Shown in pieces: positions 29,329 through 32,000 of a DNA stretch of 32,000 nt (positions within the stretch are counted from its first letter, which is position 1; every line of letters starts with the position of its first letter). The stretch comes from Candidatus Saccharimonadota bacterium. Its GTDB lineage: Bacteria; Pseudomonadota; Gammaproteobacteria; Enterobacterales; Enterobacteriaceae. The notes beneath the pieces are model-generated. The model was not told where the DNA came from and searched no databases. It saw nothing but the letters and a program-made list of their open reading frames with translations. Made by a program: the position numbers and the translations under genes. The stretch spans positions 390,001 to 422,000 of the forward strand of contig CP001817.1 in NCBI GenBank assembly GCA_000217635.1, written 5' to 3'.

Positions 29329-29679
29329 TTAGATAACAAAAAATATTTTTTTATTATCATTTTTTATTTTTAACATTGGAGAAATCTTTTTTATTGATTT
29401 TTTATTTATCAAAATTAAACTTCGAATAATGTTATTATTAAATTTAAAATGTCTTTCTAATTCCTTTATTAACGGAACCGTTGCTTTAATATTCATTAAT
29501 AAAAAATGAGCTTTTCTTAACTTTTGAATTGCATACGATAAAGATTTTCGACCCCAATCTTCTAAACGATAAATCTTTCCTTTATTAAGGATAATAATTT
29601 TTTTATATATATCAATAATATGAGTAATGTTTTCACTTTGATCGGGACGAATTATTAATATAATTTCATAATACCGCAT
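29329..29679 (-). CDS. rpsF: 30S ribosomal protein S6
   Basis: 116 aa. MRYYEIILIIRPDQSE...IYRLEDWGRKSLSYAIQKLRKAHFLLMN matches S6. The acidic tail is absent. Confidence 0.95.
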   Translation of the reverse strand: MRYYEIILIIRPDQSENITHIIDIYKKIIILNKGKIYRLEDWGRKSLSYAIQKLRKAHFLLMNIKATVPLIKELERHFKFNNNIIRSLILINKKSIKKISPMLKIKNDNKKIFFVI

Positions 29680-29931
29680 ATCTCTGATTCCTTTATTATT
29701 ACTTTATAAAAATAATTTTAAATTTTTCCTAATATTATATTTTAACGTAAATATCTATAAAACTCAATGATATTATCAGCACAATTAAATAAATCTTAAA
29801 TATTAAAATTTTCTCTATAAATAATAAAAGTAGTTTTTTTAAAATAAAATAAAAAAAAAGCATTTATATATATAAAAAAATTAATAAATTTATATATTAT
29901 TAGAGTAAAAAAAATTATAATAATAACGTAA

Positions 29932-30906
29932 CTAATTATTTATAATAAATTTTAAATTAATAAAAGTATTATTTTTTGTAATAAATGATTTTTTTATTTT
30001 TTTCATTAATATATCTTTATTATTATCATAAATTAAATTAATATTTTTCCATTTACGTAACCATGTAAGTTGATGTTTTACAAGTTTACGCGTTGCCTGT
30101 AATGTATTACATATCATTTCTTGGTAAGTACATTTTTTTTCTAAATATTCCCACATTTGTTTATAACCAATGCTATTCATGAAAGGAAATGTATTTTTCC
30201 GAGATATTTGAGTATATAAATTTCGTACTTCTTCTTCTAAACCATTATTTAACATCTTTTGAAAACGAACACTAATTTTATTATATAATTTCTTTTTATT
30301 ATATGGAATTAAAGCAAATTGAAACACTTGATAAGGTAATTTTTTCTGACTTAAAGTTAATAATTTACTTAATGGAACTCCTCCAGAAACAAAAAAAACT
30401 TCTAAAGCTCTAATCACTCTTTGTACATCATTTATATGTATTTTAGAACTAGATGCAAAATCTACTTGTTTTAATCCATTAAATAATTTATTTTTATCAG
30501 CACAAAACAAATTGTTAAAGATGTAATCTCTAATTTTTTGATTAGATGTTGGAAGAGTAACTAAACCGTCTAATAAAGCTTTAAAATATAACATAGACCC
30601 TCCTACAAAAAAAGGAATTTTTTTTAAAGAGAATATATGTTTTATTTCTTTATATGCATCAATACAAAAATCAGCGGCAGAATAATTTTCATATATATTC
30701 TTAATATTAATTAATCTATAAGGTGTTTCGAAAAGTTGTTTTTCTGTTGGTTTATCTGTACCTATATTTAATTCTTTATATACTAATTTAGAGTCTACAC
30801 TTAATAATTCTATATTTGAAAATTTTTTTTTACTTCCATTGAAAATAAACTTTTTCCGATAGCCGTTGGTCCCATTAAAAAAAAATACTATGCGTTTAAA
30901 TTTCAT
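29932..30906 (-). CDS. miaA: tRNA dimethylallyltransferase MiaA; continuous ORF, but the P-loop segment is encoded in a different frame
   Basis: ...ELLSVDSKLVYKELNIGTDKPT..., FFVGGSMLYFKALL, RVIRALEV and IGYKQMWEYL match MiaA. Codons 8-28 of the ORF (FFFNGTNGYRKKFIFNGSKKK) do not. The alternative frame between the two 9-nt runs reads LMGPTAIGKSLFSMEV, against E. coli FLMGPTASGKTALAIEL. Confidence 0.88.
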   Translation of the reverse strand: MKFKRIVFFFNGTNGYRKKFIFNGSKKKFSNIELLSVDSKLVYKELNIGTDKPTEKQLFETPYRLINIKNIYENYSAADFCIDAYKEIKHIFSLKKIPFFVGGSMLYFKALLDGLVTLPTSNQKIRDYIFNNLFCADKNKLFNGLKQVDFASSSKIHINDVQRVIRALEVFFVSGGVPLSKLLTLSQKKLPYQVFQFALIPYNKKKLYNKISVRFQKMLNNGLEEEVRNLYTQISRKNTFPFMNSIGYKQMWEYLEKKCTYQEMICNTLQATRKLVKHQLTWLRKWKNINLIYDNNKDILMKKIKKSFITKNNTFINLKFIINN

Positions 30907-31684
30907 ATATATTTTATATCTTTATTTTTCTTTAAAAAAAATTTCATTTTCTTTAATATAATTAAAATTTTTATAATTAATATTACATACCAAATATATA
31001 ATACTAATATTGCAAATTAATATTTCAATGTTAATTTTTTTATTAATATAATTCAGTCATAAAAATATGATATATAAAATTTTTAATAAAAAATTAAATA
31101 TTATCATTTTAATTATCTTAAATTTTTTAAAATTAAAAACAAATAAAAAAATAATTCTATACATTATAAATATGTTTTTTATAAATAAGTATTTATAAAA
31201 ATAAATATATAATAATATTTTTATACAAAATAAAATTTATTAAAAATAAATCATTAATTTTGAATAAAAATATAACATATTATAAATCATGAATTAAAAT
31301 TTAACTATCTTAAAAAATATATTTTAATTTTATAATTTTTATAATACATCATGATTATATTAATAATAAAATATTTTTTTTAAAATAAACGTATAAAATT
31401 TAATAAATAATTGTTATTGATGTTATTATCTAATATAATAATTTTTTAAAAACTTTAAATAATAGTAACTTTTAAAAAAGTAATAATATTTCCTAATAAT
31501 TTAAAATATATATACATATATTTTATATATATTCTATAGTACATTTAACATTATCATTGATATAATCAATTAATTTAAAAAAATATTTTTTATTTTTTGA
31601 TAAAAAATTAATGTATAGTGATATATTATATATACAACACTATATAATATAAAAATAATTATTAAAATTAATATTGATAAAAAA

Positions 31685-32000
31685 ATGCATAAAAAAAAAC
31701 TTAATTTGGATTGATTTAGAAATGACAGGATTAAACCCTAAAATAGATCGAATTCTTGAAATCGCTTCCATTATTACTGACAAAAATTTAAATATTCTTG
31801 CAAAAGGTCCAAATATTCCGCTGTATCATAATAAAACTGTATTAAAAAATATGCACTCTTTAACTTACTCTATACATCAAAAGAATGGATTAATTAAAGA
31901 GATTAAAAAAAGCAAATATGTAGAAAAAGACGCAGAAAGAAAAACAATAAAATTTCTAAAAAAATGGGTAAAAATTTATACTTCTCCGATATGTGGAAAT
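31685..32000 (+). CDS. orn: Oligoribonuclease, 5' part (runs off the window); start uncertain
   Basis: NLIWIDLEMTGLNPKIDRILEIASIITDKNLNILAKGP... to ...SPICGN matches E. coli Orn. The ATG at 31685 is one nt out of frame across the A9 run 31691..31699. An in-frame TTG lies at 31674. Confidence 0.85.

Overview
This is an extremely AT-rich, gene-dense window, and every long ORF has a housekeeping assignment. The minus strand carries the conserved str-S10-spc ribosomal superoperon: rpsL-rpsG-fusA-tufA, then rpsJ to rpsQ, then rplN to rplF. Further along the window come tusDCB, trpS, rpe, aroB, aroK, tRNA-Ser, nfuA, bioH, ssb, dusA, dnaB, ruvX, trmB, mutY, yggX, a decayed sbcB, tRNA-Asn, tRNA-Ile2, dut, rplI-rpsR-rpsF, miaA and the 5' part of orn. 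The synteny, the missing genes (dam/damX/gph, priB, hfq-hflXKC, mutL) and spacers almost free of G/C fit a reduced obligate insect endosymbiont of the Buchnera aphidicola type. That identification is inference and cannot be verified here. I see no mobile elements, CRISPR array, defence island or orphan ORF, so I do not claim a novel multi-gene system. The strongest signal is that many genes match their E. coli orthologues only after a +/-1 nt correction, nearly always inside an A/T homopolymer. Affected genes are rplX, rpsC, rplB, trpS, ruvX (two sites), trmB, yggX and miaA (two compensating sites that put the P-loop out of frame), and possibly the starts of aroK and orn. Either these genes depend on polymerase slippage, as described for Buchnera and Blochmannia poly(A) tracts, or the assembly has homopolymer length errors. 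The sequence alone cannot separate these. Other notable items are a stop-less mutY-yggX read-through, a full-length but disrupted sbcB, and a dut ORF that has lost nearly all dUTPase catalytic motifs. All orthologue comparisons are from my memory of E. coli K-12 proteins, not from a database search.
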